Positions 33,001 through 47,200 of a stretch of 64,000 bases of DNA are shown here, in pieces. The stretch is from Nemertoderma westbladi (taxonomy: Eukaryota; Animalia; Xenacoelomorpha): the NCBI GenBank assembly GCA_032718475.1, contig JAUCBJ010009062.1, forward strand, positions 1-64,000. Direction: 5' to 3'. The position numbers and the translations under genes were made by a program. Each line of letters starts with the position of its first letter. Positions within the stretch are counted from its first letter, which is position 1. The notes under the pieces are model-generated. The model was not told the origin of the DNA and did not search any database. It worked only from the letters and a program-made list of their open reading frames with translations.

Positions 33001-36000
33001 ACCGTAGGTCCCTATATTTCGATACCGTAGGTCCCTATATTTCGATACCGTAGGTCCCTATATTTCGATACCGTAGGTCCCTATATTTCGATACCGTAGG
33101 TCCCTATATTTCGATACCGTAGGTCCCTATATTTCGATACCGTAGGTCCCTATATTTCGATACCGTAGGTCCCTATATTTCGATACCGTAGGTCCCTATA
33201 TTTCGATACCGTAGGTCCCTATATTTCGATACCGTAGGTCCCTATATTTCGATACCGTAGGTCCCTATATTTCGATACCGTAGGTCCCTATATTTCGATA
33301 CCGTAGGTCCCTATATTTCGATACCGTAGGTCCCTATATTTCGATACCGTAGGTCCCTATATTTCGATACCGTAGGTCCCTATATTTCGATACCGTAGGT
33401 CCCTATATTTCGATACCGTAGGTCCCTATATTTCGATACCGTAGGTCCCTATATTTCGATACCGTAGGTCCCTATATTTCGATACCGTAGGTCCCTATAT
33501 TTCGATACCGTAGGTCCCTATATTTCGATACCGTAGGTCCCTATATTTCGATACCGTAGGTCCCTATATTTCGATACCGTAGGTCCCTATATTTCGATAC
33601 CGTAGGTCCCTATATTTCGATACCGTAGGTCCCTATATTTCGATACCGTAGGTCCCTATATTTCGATACCGTAGGTCCCTATATTTCGATACCGTAGGTC
33701 CCTATATTTCGATACCGTAGGTCCCTATATTTCGATACCGTAGGTCCCTATATTTCGATACCGTAGGTCCCTATATTTCGATACCGTAGGTCCCTATATT
33801 TCGATACCGTAGGTCCCTATATTTCGATACCGTAGGTCCCTATATTTCGATACCGTAGGTCCCTATATTTCGATACCGTAGGTCCCTATATTTCGATACC
33901 GTAGGTCCCTATATTTCGATACCGTAGGTCCCTATATTTCGATACCGTAGGTCCCTATATTTCGATACCGTAGGTCCCTATATTTCGATACCGTAGGTCC
34001 CTATATTTCGATACCGTAGGTCCCTATATTTCGATACCGTAGGTCCCTATATTTCGATACCGTAGGTCCCTATATTTCGATACCGTAGGTCCCTATATTT
34101 CGATACCGTAGGTCCCTATATTTCGATACCGTAGGTCCCCTATATTTCGATACCGTAGGTCCCTATATTTCGATACCGTAGGTCCCTATATTTCGATACC
34201 GTAGGTCCCTATATTTCGATACCGTAGGTCCCTATATTTCGATACCGTAGGTCCCTATATTTCGATACCGTAGGTCCCTATATTTCGATACCGTAGGTCC
34301 CTATATTTCGATACCGTAGGTCCCTATATTTCGATACCGTAGGTCCCTATATTTCGATACCGTAGGTCCCTATATTTCGATACCGTAGGTCCCTATATTT
34401 CGATACCGTAGGTCCCTATATTTCGATACCGTAGGTCCCTATATTTCGATACCGTAGGTCCCTATATTTCGATACCGTAGGTCCCTATATTTCGATACCG
34501 TAGGTCCCTATATTTCGATACCGTAGGTCCCTATATTTCGATACCGTAGGTCCCTATATTTCGATACCGTAGGTCCCTATATTTCGATACCGTAGGTCCC
34601 TATATTTCGATACCGTAGGTCCCTATATTTCGATACCGTAGGTCCCTATATTTCGATACCGTAGGTCCCTATATTTCGATACCGTAGGTCCCTATATTTC
34701 GATACCGTAGGTCCCTATATTTCGATACCGTAGGTCCCTATATTTCGATACCGTAGGTCCCTATATTTCGATACCGTAGGTCCCTATATTTCGATACCGT
34801 AGGTCCCTATATTTCGATACCGTAGGTCCCTATATTTCGATACCGTAGGTCCCTATATTTCGATACCGTAGGTCCCTATATTTCGATACCGTAGGTCCCT
34901 ATATTTCGATACCGTAGGTCCCTATATTTCGATACCGTAGGTCCCTATATTTCGATACCGTAGGTCCCTATATTTCGATACCGTAGGTCCCTATATTTCG
35001 ATACCGTAGGTCCCTATATTTCGATACCGTAGGTCCCTATATTTCGATACCGTAGGTCCCTATATTTCGATACCGTAGGTCCCTATATTTCGATACCGTA
35101 GGTCCCTATATTTCGATACCGTAGGTCCCTATATTTCGATACCGTAGGTCCCTATATTTCGATACCGTAGGTCCCTATATTTCGATACCGTAGGTCCCTA
35201 TATTTCGATACCGTAGGTCCCTATATTTCGATACCGTAGGTCCCTATATTTCGATACCGTAGGTCCCTATATTTCGATACCGTAGGTCCCTATATTTCGA
35301 TACCGTAGGTCCCTATATTTCGATACCGTAGGTCCCTATATTTCGATACCGTAGGTCCCTATATTTCGATACCGTAGGTCCCTATATTTCGATACCGTAG
35401 GTCCCTATATTTCGATACCGTAGGTCCCTATATTTCGATACCGTAGGTCCCTATATTTCGATACCGTAGGTCCCTATATTTCGATACCGTAGGTCCCTAT
35501 ATTTCGATACCGTAGGTCCCTATATTTCGATACCGTAGGTCCCTATATTTCGATACCGTAGGTCCCTATATTTCGATACCGTAGGTCCCTATATTTCGAT
35601 ACCGTAGGTCCCTATATTTCGATACCGTAGGTCCCTATATTTCGATACCGTAGGTCCCTATATTTCGATACCGTAGGTCCCTATATTTCGATACCGTAGG
35701 TCCCTATATTTCGATACCGTAGGTCCCTATATTTCGATACCGTAGGTCCCTATATTTCGATACCGTAGGTCCCTATATTTCGATACCGTAGGTCCCTATA
35801 TTTCGATACCGTAGGTCCCTATATTTCGATACCGTAGGTCCCTATATTTCGATACCGTAGGTCCCTATATTTCGATACCGTAGGTCCCTATATTTCGATA
35901 CCGTAGGTCCCTATATTTCGATACCGTAGGTCCCTATATTTCGATACCGTAGGTCCCTATATTTCGATACCGTAGGTCCCTATATTTCGATACCGTAGGT

Positions 36001-37888
36001 CCCTATATTTCGATACCGTAGGTCCCTATATTTCGATACCGTAGGTCCCTATATTTCGATACCGTAGGTCCCTATATTTCGATACCGTAGGTCCCTATAT
36101 TTCGATACCGTAGGTCCCTATATTTCGATACCGTAGGTCCCTATATTTCGATACCGTAGGTCCCTATATTTCGATACCGTAGGTCCCTATATTTCGATAC
36201 CGTAGGTCCCTATATTTCGATACCGTAGGTCCCTATATTTCGATACCGTAGGTCCCTATATTTCGATACCGTAGGTCCCTATATTTCGATACCGTAGGTC
36301 CCTATATTTCGATACCGTAGGTCCCTATATTTCGATACCGTAGGTCCCTATATTTCGATACCGTAGGTCCCTATATTTCGATACCGTAGGTCCCTATATT
36401 TCGATACCGTAGGTCCCTATATTTCGATACCGTAGGTCCCTATATTTCGATACCGTAGGTCCCTATATTTCGATACCGTAGGTCCCTATATTTCGATACC
36501 GTAGGTCCCTATATTTCGATACCGTAGGTCCCTATATTTCGATACCGTAGGTCCCTATATTTCGATACCGTAGGTCCCTATATTTCGATACCGTAGGTCC
36601 CTATATTTCGATACCGTAGGTCCCTATATTTCGATACCGTAGGTCCCTATATTTCGATACCGTAGGTCCCTATATTTCGATACCGTAGGTCCCTATATTT
36701 CGATACCGTAGGTCCCTATATTTCGATACCGTAGGTCCCTATATTTCGATACCGTAGGTCCCTATATTTCGATACCGTAGGTCCCTATATTTCGATACCG
36801 TAGGTCCCTATATTTCGATACCGTAGGTCCCTATATTTCGATACCGTAGGTCCCTATATTTCGATACCGTAGGTCCCTATATTTCGATACCGTAGGTCCC
36901 TATATTTCGATACCGTAGGTCCCTATATTTCGATACCGTAGGTCCCTATATTTCGATACCGTAGGTCCCTATATTTCGATACCGTAGGTCCCTATATTTC
37001 GATACCGTAGGTCCCTATATTTCGATACCGTAGGTCCCTATATTTCGATACCGTAGGTCCCTATATTTCGATACCGTAGGTCCCTATATTTCGATACCGT
37101 AGGTCCCTATATTTCGATACCGTAGGTCCCTATATTTCGATACCGTAGGTCCCTATATTTCGATACCGTAGGTCCCTATATTTCGATACCGTAGGTCCCT
37201 ATATTTCGATACCGTAGGTCCCTATATTTCGATACCGTAGGTCCCTATATTTCGATACCGTAGGTCCCTATATTTCGATACCGTAGGTCCCTATATTTCG
37301 ATACCGTAGGTCCCTATATTTCGATACCGTAGGTCCCTATATTTCGATACCGTAGGTCCCTATATTTCGATACCGTAGGTCCCTATATTTCGATACCGTA
37401 GGTCCCTATATTTCGATACCGTAGGTCCCTATATTTCGATACCGTAGGTCCCTATATTTCGATACCGTAGGTCCCTATATTTCGATACCGTAGGTCCCTA
37501 TATTTCGATACCGTAGGTCCCTATATTTCGATACCGTAGGTCCCTATATTTCGATACCGTAGGTCCCTATATTTCGATACCGTAGGTCCCTATATTTCGA
37601 TACCGTAGGTCCCTATATTTCGATACCGTAGGTCCCTATATTTCGATACCGTAGGTCCCTATATTTCGATACCGTAGGTCCCTATATTTCGATACCGTAG
37701 GTCCCTATATTTCGATACCGTAGGTCCCTATATTTCGATACCGTAGGTCCCTATATTTCGATACCGTAGGTCCCTATATTTCGATACCGTAGGTCCCTAT
37801 ATTTCGATACCGTAGGTCCCTATATTTCGATACCGTAGGTCCCTATATTTCGATACCGTAGGTCCCTATATTTCGATACCGTAGGTCC
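30055..37888. repeat. 23-bp satellite C (TTTCGATACCGTAGGTCCCTATA), ~334 copies after the gap, essentially invariant
   Basis: Perfect tandem array. The only deviation noticed is an extra C at ~34140. Confidence 0.98.
30111..30210. other. Assembly gap (100 N)
   Basis: Run of 100 N, the usual placeholder for a gap of unknown size. Confidence 0.99.
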
Positions 37889-38225
37889 ATTGCTTTCATA
37901 TTATTATTTTAATCTTTAATAACTGTTTAAATGAATTAAACCATTAACCAGTAAACCATTAACTGCACCATAGACGGCATCCAAGGTAAAATATAAAAAA
38001 ATATTACAGCGGCGTTATTCAAACAAAAAATTGAAAAAATATAAATACTTAAAAATATTCTCAAATGTTGGTAAGTTTAGATTATTATTATACCACATAA
38101 TCTGCATAATAAATAGTTGAAAGAAAACAATTTCGCTTATGTTTTTTAATAAATAATCACGCGGACTAAAATTCAAAATCACATATTTTATGTTTTGAAT
38201 TAAGTTAGTAATAACTGGTATACGG

Positions 38226-41200
38226 TCGCATAAGGTGTGTTTGTAAGGATGCAGTTAGTAATCGCATAAGGTGTGTTTGTAAGGATGCAGTTAGTAATCG
38301 CATAAGGTGTGTTTGTAAGGATGCAGTTAGTAATCGCATAAGGTGTGTTTGTAAGGATGCAGTTAGTAATCGCATAAGGTGTGTTTGTAAGGATGCAGTT
38401 AGTAATCGCATAAGGTGTGTTTGTAAGGATGCAGTTAGTAATCGCATAAGGTGCGTTTGTAAGGATGCAGTTAGTAATCGCATAAGGTGTGTTTGTAAGG
38501 ATGCAGTTAGTAATCGCATACGGTGTGTTTGTAAGGATGCAGTTCAGTGATAGGAATCGCATAAGGTGTGTTTGTATGGATGCAGTTAGTAATCGCATAA
38601 GGTGCGTTTGTAAGGATGCAGTTCAGTGATAGTAATCGCATAAGGTGTGTTTGTAAGGATGCAGTTCAGTGATAGTAATCGCATAAGGTGCGTTTGTAAG
38701 GATGCAGTTAGTAATCGCATACGGTGTGTTTGTAAGGATGCAGTTCAGTGATAGGAATCGCATAAGGTGTGTTTGTAAGGATGCAGTTAGTAATCGCATA
38801 AGGTGCGTTTGTAAGGATGCAGTTCAGTGATAGTAATCGCATAAGGTGCGTTTGTAAGGATGCAGTTAGTAATCGCATAAGGTGTGTTTGTAAGGATGCA
38901 GTTAGTAATCGCATAAGGTTTGTTTGTAAGGATGCAGTTAGTAATCGCATAAGGTGCGTTTGTAAGGATGCAGTTAGTAATCGCATAAGGTGTGTTTGTA
39001 AGGATGCAGTTAGTAATCGCATAAGGTGCGTTTGTAAGGATGCAGTTAGTAATCGCATAAGGTGCGTTTGTAAGGATGCAGTTAGTAATCGCATACGGTG
39101 TGTTTGTAAGGATGCAGTTCAGTGATAGGAATCGCATAAGGTGCGTTTGTATGGATGCAGTTAGTAATCGCATAAGGTGCGTTTGTAAGGATGCAGTTCA
39201 GTGATAGTAATCGCATAAGGTGCGTTTGTAAGGATGCAGTTAGTAATCGCATAAGGTGTGTTTGTAAGGATGCAGTTAGTAATCGCATAAGGTTTGTTTG
39301 TAAGGATGCAGTTAGTAATCGCATAAGGTGCGTTTGTAAGGATGCAGTTAGTAATCGCATACGGTGTGTTTGTAAGGATGCAGTTCAGTGATAGGAATCG
39401 CATAAGGTGTGTTTGTAAGGATGCAGTTAGTAATCGCATAAGGTGCGTTTGTAAGGATGCAGTTCAGTGATAGTAATCGCATAAGGTGCGTTTGTAAGGA
39501 TGCAGTTAGTAATCGCATAAGGTGTGTTTGTAAGGATGCAGTTAGTAATCGCATAAGGTTTGTTTGTAAGGATGCAGTTAGTAATCGCATAAGGTGCGTT
39601 TGTAAGGATGCAGTTAGTAATCGCATAAGGTGTGTTTGTAAGGATGCAGTTCAGTGATAGTAATCGCATAAGGTGCGTTTGTAAGGATGCAGTTAGTAAT
39701 CGCATAAGGTGCGTTTGTAAGGATGCAGTTCAGTGATAGTAATCGCATAAGGTGCGTTTGTAAGGATGCAGTTAGTAATCGCATAAGGTGTGTTTGTAAG
39801 GATGCAGTTCAGTGATAGTAATCGCATAAGGTGTGTTTGTAAGGATGCAGTTAGTAATCGCATAAGGTGCGTTTGTAAGGATGCAGTTCAGTGATAGTAA
39901 TCGCATAAGGTGCGTTTGTAAGGATGCAGTTCAGTGATAGTAATCGCATAAGGTGCGTTTGTAAGGATGCAGTTAGTAATCGCATAAGGTGTGTTTGTAA
40001 GGATGCAGTTAGTAATCGCATAAGGTGTGTTTGTAAGGATGCAGTTCAGTGATAGTAATAGCATAAGGTGCGTTTGTAAGGATGCAGTTCAGTGATAGTA
40101 ATCGCATAAGGTGTGTTTGTAAGGATGCAGTTAGTAATCGCATACGGTGTGTTTGTAAGGATGCAGTTCAGTGATAGGAATCGCATAAGGTGTGTTTGTA
40201 AGGATGCAGTTCAGTGATAGGAATCGCATAAGGTGCGTTTGTATGGATGCAGTTAGTAATCGCATAAGGTGCGTTTGTAAGGATGCAGTTCAGTGATAGT
40301 AATCGCATAAGGTGCGTTTGTAAGGATGCAGTTAGTAATCGCATAAGGTGTGTTTGTAAGGATGCAGTTAGTAATCGCATAAGGTTTGTTTGTAAGGATG
40401 CAGTTAGTAATCGCATAAGGTGCGTTTGTAAGGATGCAGTTAGTAATCGCATACGGTGTGTTTGTAAGGATGCAGTTCAGTGATAGGAATCGCATAAGGT
40501 GTGTTTGTAAGGATGCAGTTAGTAATCGCATAAGGTGCGTTTGTAAGGATGCAGTTCAGTGATAGTAATCGCATAAGGTGCGTTTGTAAGGATGCAGTTA
40601 GTAATCGCATAAGGTGTGTTTGTAAGGATGCAGTTAGTAATCGCATACGGTGTGTTTGTAAGGATGCAGTTCAGTGATAGGAATCGCATAAGGTGTGTTT
40701 GTATGGATGCAGTTAGTAATCGCATAAGGTGCGTTTGTAAGGATGCAGTTCAGTGATAGTAATCGCATAAGGTGTGTTTGTAAGGATGCAGTTCAGTGAT
40801 AGTAATCGCATAAGGTGCGTTTGTAAGGATGCAGTTAGTAATCGCATACGGTGTGTTTGTAAGGATGCAGTTCAGTGATAGGAATCGCATAAGGTGTGTT
40901 TGTAAGGATGCAGTTAGTAATCGCATAAGGTGCGTTTGTAAGGATGCAGTTCAGTGATAGTAATCGCATAAGGTGCGTTTGTAAGGATGCAGTTAGTAAT
41001 CGCATAAGGTGTGTTTGTAAGGATGCAGTTAGTAATCGCATAAGGTTTGTTTGTAAGGATGCAGTTAGTAATCGCATAAGGTGCGTTTGTAAGGATGCAG
41101 TTAGTAATCGCATAAGGTGTGTTTGTAAGGATGCAGTTAGTAATCGCATAAGGTGCGTTTGTAAGGATGCAGTTAGTAATCGCATAAGGTGCGTTTGTAA

Positions 41201-44200
41201 GGATGCAGTTAGTAATCGCATACGGTGTGTTTGTAAGGATGCAGTTCAGTGATAGGAATCGCATAAGGTGCGTTTGTATGGATGCAGTTAGTAATCGCAT
41301 AAGGTGCGTTTGTAAGGATGCAGTTCAGTGATAGTAATCGCATAAGGTGCGTTTGTAAGGATGCAGTTAGTAATCGCATAAGGTGTGTTTGTAAGGATGC
41401 AGTTAGTAATCGCATAAGGTTTGTTTGTAAGGATGCAGTTAGTAATCGCATAAGGTGCGTTTGTAAGGATGCAGTTAGTAATCGCATACGGTGTGTTTGT
41501 AAGGATGCAGTTCAGTGATAGGAATCGCATAAGGTGTGTTTGTAAGGATGCAGTTAGTAATCGCATAAGGTGCGTTTGTAAGGATGCAGTTCAGTGATAG
41601 TAATCGCATAAGGTGCGTTTGTAAGGATGCAGTTAGTAATCGCATAAGGTGTGTTTGTAAGGATGCAGTTAGTAATCGCATAAGGTTTGTTTGTAAGGAT
41701 GCAGTTAGTAATCGCATAAGGTGCGTTTGTAAGGATGCAGTTAGTAATCGCATAAGGTGTGTTTGTAAGGATGCAGTTCAGTGATAGTAATCGCATAAGG
41801 TGCGTTTGTAAGGATGCAGTTAGTAATCGCATAAGGTGCGTTTGTAAGGATGCAGTTCAGTGATAGTAATCGCATAAGGTGCGTTTGTAAGGATGCAGTT
41901 AGTAATCGCATAAGGTGTGTTTGTAAGGATGCAGTTCAGTGATAGTAATCGCATAAGGTGTGTTTGTAAGGATGCAGTTAGTAATCGCATAAGGTGCGTT
42001 TGTAAGGATGCAGTTCAGTGATAGTAATCGCATAAGGTGCGTTTGTAAGGATGCAGTTCAGTGATAGTAATCGCATAAGGTGCGTTTGTAAGGATGCAGT
42101 TAGTAATCGCATAAGGTGTGTTTGTAAGGATGCAGTTAGTAATCGCATAAGGTGTGTTTGTAAGGATGCAGTTCAGTGATAGTAATAGCATAAGGTGCGT
42201 TTGTAAGGATGCAGTTCAGTGATAGTAATCGCATAAGGTGTGTTTGTAAGGATGCAGTTAGTAATCGCATACGGTGTGTTTGTAAGGATGCAGTTCAGTG
42301 ATAGGAATCGCATAAGGTGTGTTTGTAAGGATGCAGTTCAGTGATAGGAATCGCATAAGGTGCGTTTGTATGGATGCAGTTAGTAATCGCATAAGGTGCG
42401 TTTGTAAGGATGCAGTTCAGTGATAGTAATCGCATAAGGTGCGTTTGTAAGGATGCAGTTAGTAATCGCATAAGGTGTGTTTGTAAGGATGCAGTTAGTA
42501 ATCGCATAAGGTTTGTTTGTAAGGATGCAGTTAGTAATCGCATAAGGTGCGTTTGTAAGGATGCAGTTAGTAATCGCATACGGTGTGTTTGTAAGGATGC
42601 AGTTCAGTGATAGGAATCGCATAAGGTGTGTTTGTAAGGATGCAGTTAGTAATCGCATAAGGTGCGTTTGTAAGGATGCAGTTCAGTGATAGTAATCGCA
42701 TAAGGTGCGTTTGTAAGGATGCAGTTAGTAATCGCATAAGGTGTGTTTGTAAGGATGCAGTTAGTAATCGCATAAGGTTTGTTTGTAAGGATGCAGTTAG
42801 TAATCGCATAAGGTGCGTTTGTAAGGATGCAGTTAGTAATCGCATAAGGTGTGTTTGTAAGGATGCAGTTCAGTGATAGTAATCGCATAAGGTGCGTTTG
42901 TAAGGATGCAGTTAGTAATCGCATAAGGTGCGTTTGTAAGGATGCAGTTCAGTGATAGTAATCGCATAAGGTGCGTTTGTAAGGATGCAGTTAGTAATCG
43001 CATAAGGTGTGTTTGTAAGGATGCAGTTCAGTGATAGTAATCGCATAAGGTGTGTTTGTAAGGATGCAGTTAGTAATCGCATAAGGTGCGTTTGTAAGGA
43101 TGCAGTTCAGTGATAGTAATCGCATAAGGTGCGTTTGTAAGGATGCAGTTCAGTGATAGTAATCGCATAAGGTGCGTTTGTAAGGATGCAGTTAGTAATC
43201 GCATAAGGTGTGTTTGTAAGGATGCAGTTAGTAATCGCATAAGGTGTGTTTGTAAGGATGCAGTTCAGTGATAGTAATAGCATAAGGTGCGTTTGTAAGG
43301 ATGCAGTTCAGTGATAGTAATCGCATAAGGTGTGTTTGTAAGGATGCAGTTAGTAATCGCATACGGTGTGTTTGTAAGGATGCAGTTCAGTGATAGGAAT
43401 CGCATAAGGTGTGTTTGTAAGGATGCAGTTAGTAATCGCATAAGGTGCGTTTGTAAGGATGCAGTTCAGTGATAGGAATCGCATAAGGTGTGTTTGTAAG
43501 GATGCAGTTAGTAATCGCATAAGGTGCGTTTGTAAGGATGCAGTTCAGTGATAGGAATCGCATAAGGTGTGTTTGTAAGGATGCAGTTAGTAATCGCATA
43601 CGGTGCGTTTGTAAGGATGCAGTTAGTAATCGCATAAGGTGTGTTTGTAAGGATGCAGTTAGTAATCGCATAAGGTGCGTTTGTAAGGATGCAGTTAGTA
43701 ATCGCATAAGGTGTGTTTGTAAGGATGCAGTTAGTAATCGCATAAGGTGCGTTTGTAAGGATGCAGTTAGTAATCGCATAAGGTGTGTTTGTAAGGATGC
43801 AGTTCAGTGATAGTAATAGCATAAGGTGCGTTTGTAAGGATGCAGTTCAGTGATAGTAATCGCATAAGGTGTGTTTGTAAGGATGCAGTTAGTAATCGCA
43901 TAAGGTGCGTTTGTAAGGATGCAGTTAGTAATCGCATAAGGTGTGTTTGTAAGGATGCAGTTAGTAATCGCATAAGGTGCGTTTGTAAGGATGCAGTTAG
44001 TAATCGCATAAGGTGCGTTTGTAAGGATGCAGTTAGTAATCGCATAAGGTGTGTTTGTAAGGATGCAGTTCAGTGATAGTAATAGCATAAGGTGCGTTTG
44101 TAAGGATGCAGTTCAGTGATAGTAATCGCATAAGGTGTGTTTGTAAGGATGCAGTTAGTAATCGCATAAGGTGTGTTTGTAAGGATGCAGCTAGTAATCG

Positions 44201-47200
44201 CATAAGGTGTGTTTGTAAGGATGCAGTTAGTAATCGCATAAGGTGTGTTTGTAAGGATGCAGTTAGTAATCGCATACGGTGTGTTTGTAAGGATGCAGTT
44301 AGTAATCGCATAAGGTGTGTTTGTAAGGATGCAGTTAGTAATCGCATAAGGTGTGTTTGTAAGGATGCAGTTAGTAATCGCATAAGGTGTGTTTGTAAGG
44401 ATGCAGTTAGTAATCGCATAAGGTGTGTTTGTAAGGATGCAGTTCAGTGATAGTAATCGCATAAGGTGCGTTTGTAAGGATGCAGTTCAGTGATAGTAAT
44501 CGCATAAGGTGTGTTTGTAAGGATGCAGTTAGTAATCGCATACGGTGTGTTTGTAAGGATGCAGTTAGTAATCGCATAAGGTGTGTTTGTAAGGATGCAG
44601 TTAGTAATCGCATAAGGTGTGTTTGTAAGGATGCAGTTCAGTGATAGTAATCGCATAAGGTGCGTTTGTAAGGATGCAGTTCAGTGATAGTAATCGCATA
44701 AGGTGTGTTTGTAAGGATGCAGTTAGTAATCGCATAAGGTGTGTTTGTAAGGATGCAGTTCAGTGATAGTAATCGCATAAGGTGCGTTTGTAAGGATGCA
44801 GTTCAGTGACTCCAGTAATCGCATACGGTGCGTTTGTAAGGATGCAGTTAGTAATCGCATAAGGTGTGTTTGTAAGGATGCAGTTCAGTGATAGTAATAG
44901 CATAAGGTGCGTTTGTAAGGATGCAGTTCAGTGATAGTAATCGCATAAGGTGTGTTTGTAAGGATGCAGTTAGTAATCGCATAAGGTGCGTTTGTAAGGA
45001 TGCAGTTCAGTGATAGTAATCGCATAAGGTGCGTTTGTAAGGATGCAGTTAGTAATCGCATAAGGTGTGTTTGTAAGGATGCAGTTCAGTGATAGTAATC
45101 GCATAAGGTGTGTTTGTAAGGATGCAGTTCAGTGATAGTAATCGCATAAGGTGTGTTTGTAAGGATGCAGTTAGTAATCGCATAAGGTGTGTTTGTAAGG
45201 ATGCAGTTCAGTGATAGTAATAGCATAAGGTGCGTTTGTAAGGATGCAGTTCAGTGATAGTAATCGCATAAGGTGTGTTTGTAAGGATGCAGTTAGTAAT
45301 CGCATAAGGTGTGTTTGTAAGGATGCAGTTCAGTGATAGTAATAGCATAAGGTGCGTTTGTAAGGATGCAGTTCAGTGATAGTAATCGCATAAGGTGTGT
45401 TTGTAAGGATGCAGTTAGTAATCGCATAAGGTGTGTTTGTAAGGATGCAGTTCAGTGATAGTAATCGCATAAGGTGCGTTTGTAAGGATGCAGTTCAGTG
45501 ATAGTAATCGCATAAGGTGTGTTTGTAAGGATGCAGTTAGTAATCGCATAAGGTGTGTTTGTAAGGATGCAGTTCAGTGATAGTAATAGCATAAGGTGCG
45601 TTTGTAAGGATGCAGTTCAGTGACTCCAGTAATCGCATAAGGTGCGTTTGTAAGGATGCAGTTCAGTGACTCCAGTAATCGCATAAGGTGTGTTTGTAAG
45701 GATGCAGTTAGTAATCGCATAAGGTGTGTTTGTAAGGATGCAGTTCAGTGATAGTAATAGCATAAGGTGCGTTTGTAAGGATGCAGTTCAGTGATAGTAA
45801 TCGCATAAGGTGTGTTTGTAAGGATGCAGTTCAGTGATAGTAATCGCATAAGGTGCGTTTGTAAGGATGCAGTTAGTAATCGCATACGGTGTGTTTGTAA
45901 GGATGCAGTTAGTAATCGCATAAGGTGCGTTTGTAAGGATGCAGTTAGTAATCGCATACGGTGTGTTTGTAAGGATGCAGTTAGTAATCGCATAAGGTGC
46001 GTTTGTAAGGATGCAGTTAGTAATCGCATAAGGTGTGTTTGTAAGGATGCAGTTAGTAATCGCATAAGGTGTGTTTGTAAGGATGCAGTTCAGTGATAGT
46101 AATAGCATAAGGTGTGTTTGTAAGGATGCAGTTAGTAATCGCATAAGGTGCGTTTGTAAGGATGCAGTTAGTAATCGCATAAGGTGTGTTTGTAAGGATG
46201 CAGTTAGTAATCGCATAAGGTGTGTTTGTAAGGATGCAGTTCAGTGATAGTAATCGCATAAGGTGTGTTTGTAAGGATGCAGTTCAGTGATAGTAATCGC
46301 ATAAGGTGTGTTTGTAAGGATGCAGTTAGTAATCGCATACGGTGTGTTTGTAAGGATGCAGTTAGTAATCGCATAAGGTGTGTTTGTAAGGATGCAGTTA
46401 GTAATCGCATACGGTGTGTTTGTAAGGATGCAGTTAGTAATCGCATAAGGTGTGTTTGTAAGGATGCAGTTAGTAATCGCATAAGGTGTGTTTGTAAGGA
46501 TGCAGTTAGTAATCGCATAAGGTGTGTTTGTAAGGATGCAGTTAGTAATCGCATAAGGTGTGTTTGTAAGGATGCAGTTCAGTGATAGTAATCGCATAAG
46601 GTGCGTTTGTAAGGATGCAGTTCAGTGATAGTAATCGCATAAGGTGTGTTTGTAAGGATGCAGTTAGTAATCGCATACGGTGTGTTTGTAAGGATGCAGT
46701 TAGTAATCGCATAAGGTGTGTTTGTAAGGATGCAGTTAGTAATCGCATAAGGTGTGTTTGTAAGGATGCAGTTCAGTGATAGTAATCGCATAAGGTGCGT
46801 TTGTAAGGATGCAGTTCAGTGATAGTAATCGCATAAGGTGTGTTTGTAAGGATGCAGTTAGTAATCGCATAAGGTGTGTTTGTAAGGATGCAGTTCAGTG
46901 ATAGTAATCGCATAAGGTGCGTTTGTAAGGATGCAGTTCAGTGACTCCAGTAATCGCATACGGTGCGTTTGTAAGGATGCAGTTAGTAATCGCATAAGGT
47001 GTGTTTGTAAGGATGCAGTTCAGTGATAGTAATAGCATAAGGTGCGTTTGTAAGGATGCAGTTCAGTGATAGTAATCGCATAAGGTGTGTTTGTAAGGAT
47101 GCAGTTAGTAATCGCATAAGGTGCGTTTGTAAGGATGCAGTTCAGTGATAGTAATCGCATAAGGTGCGTTTGTAAGGATGCAGTTAGTAATCGCATAAGG

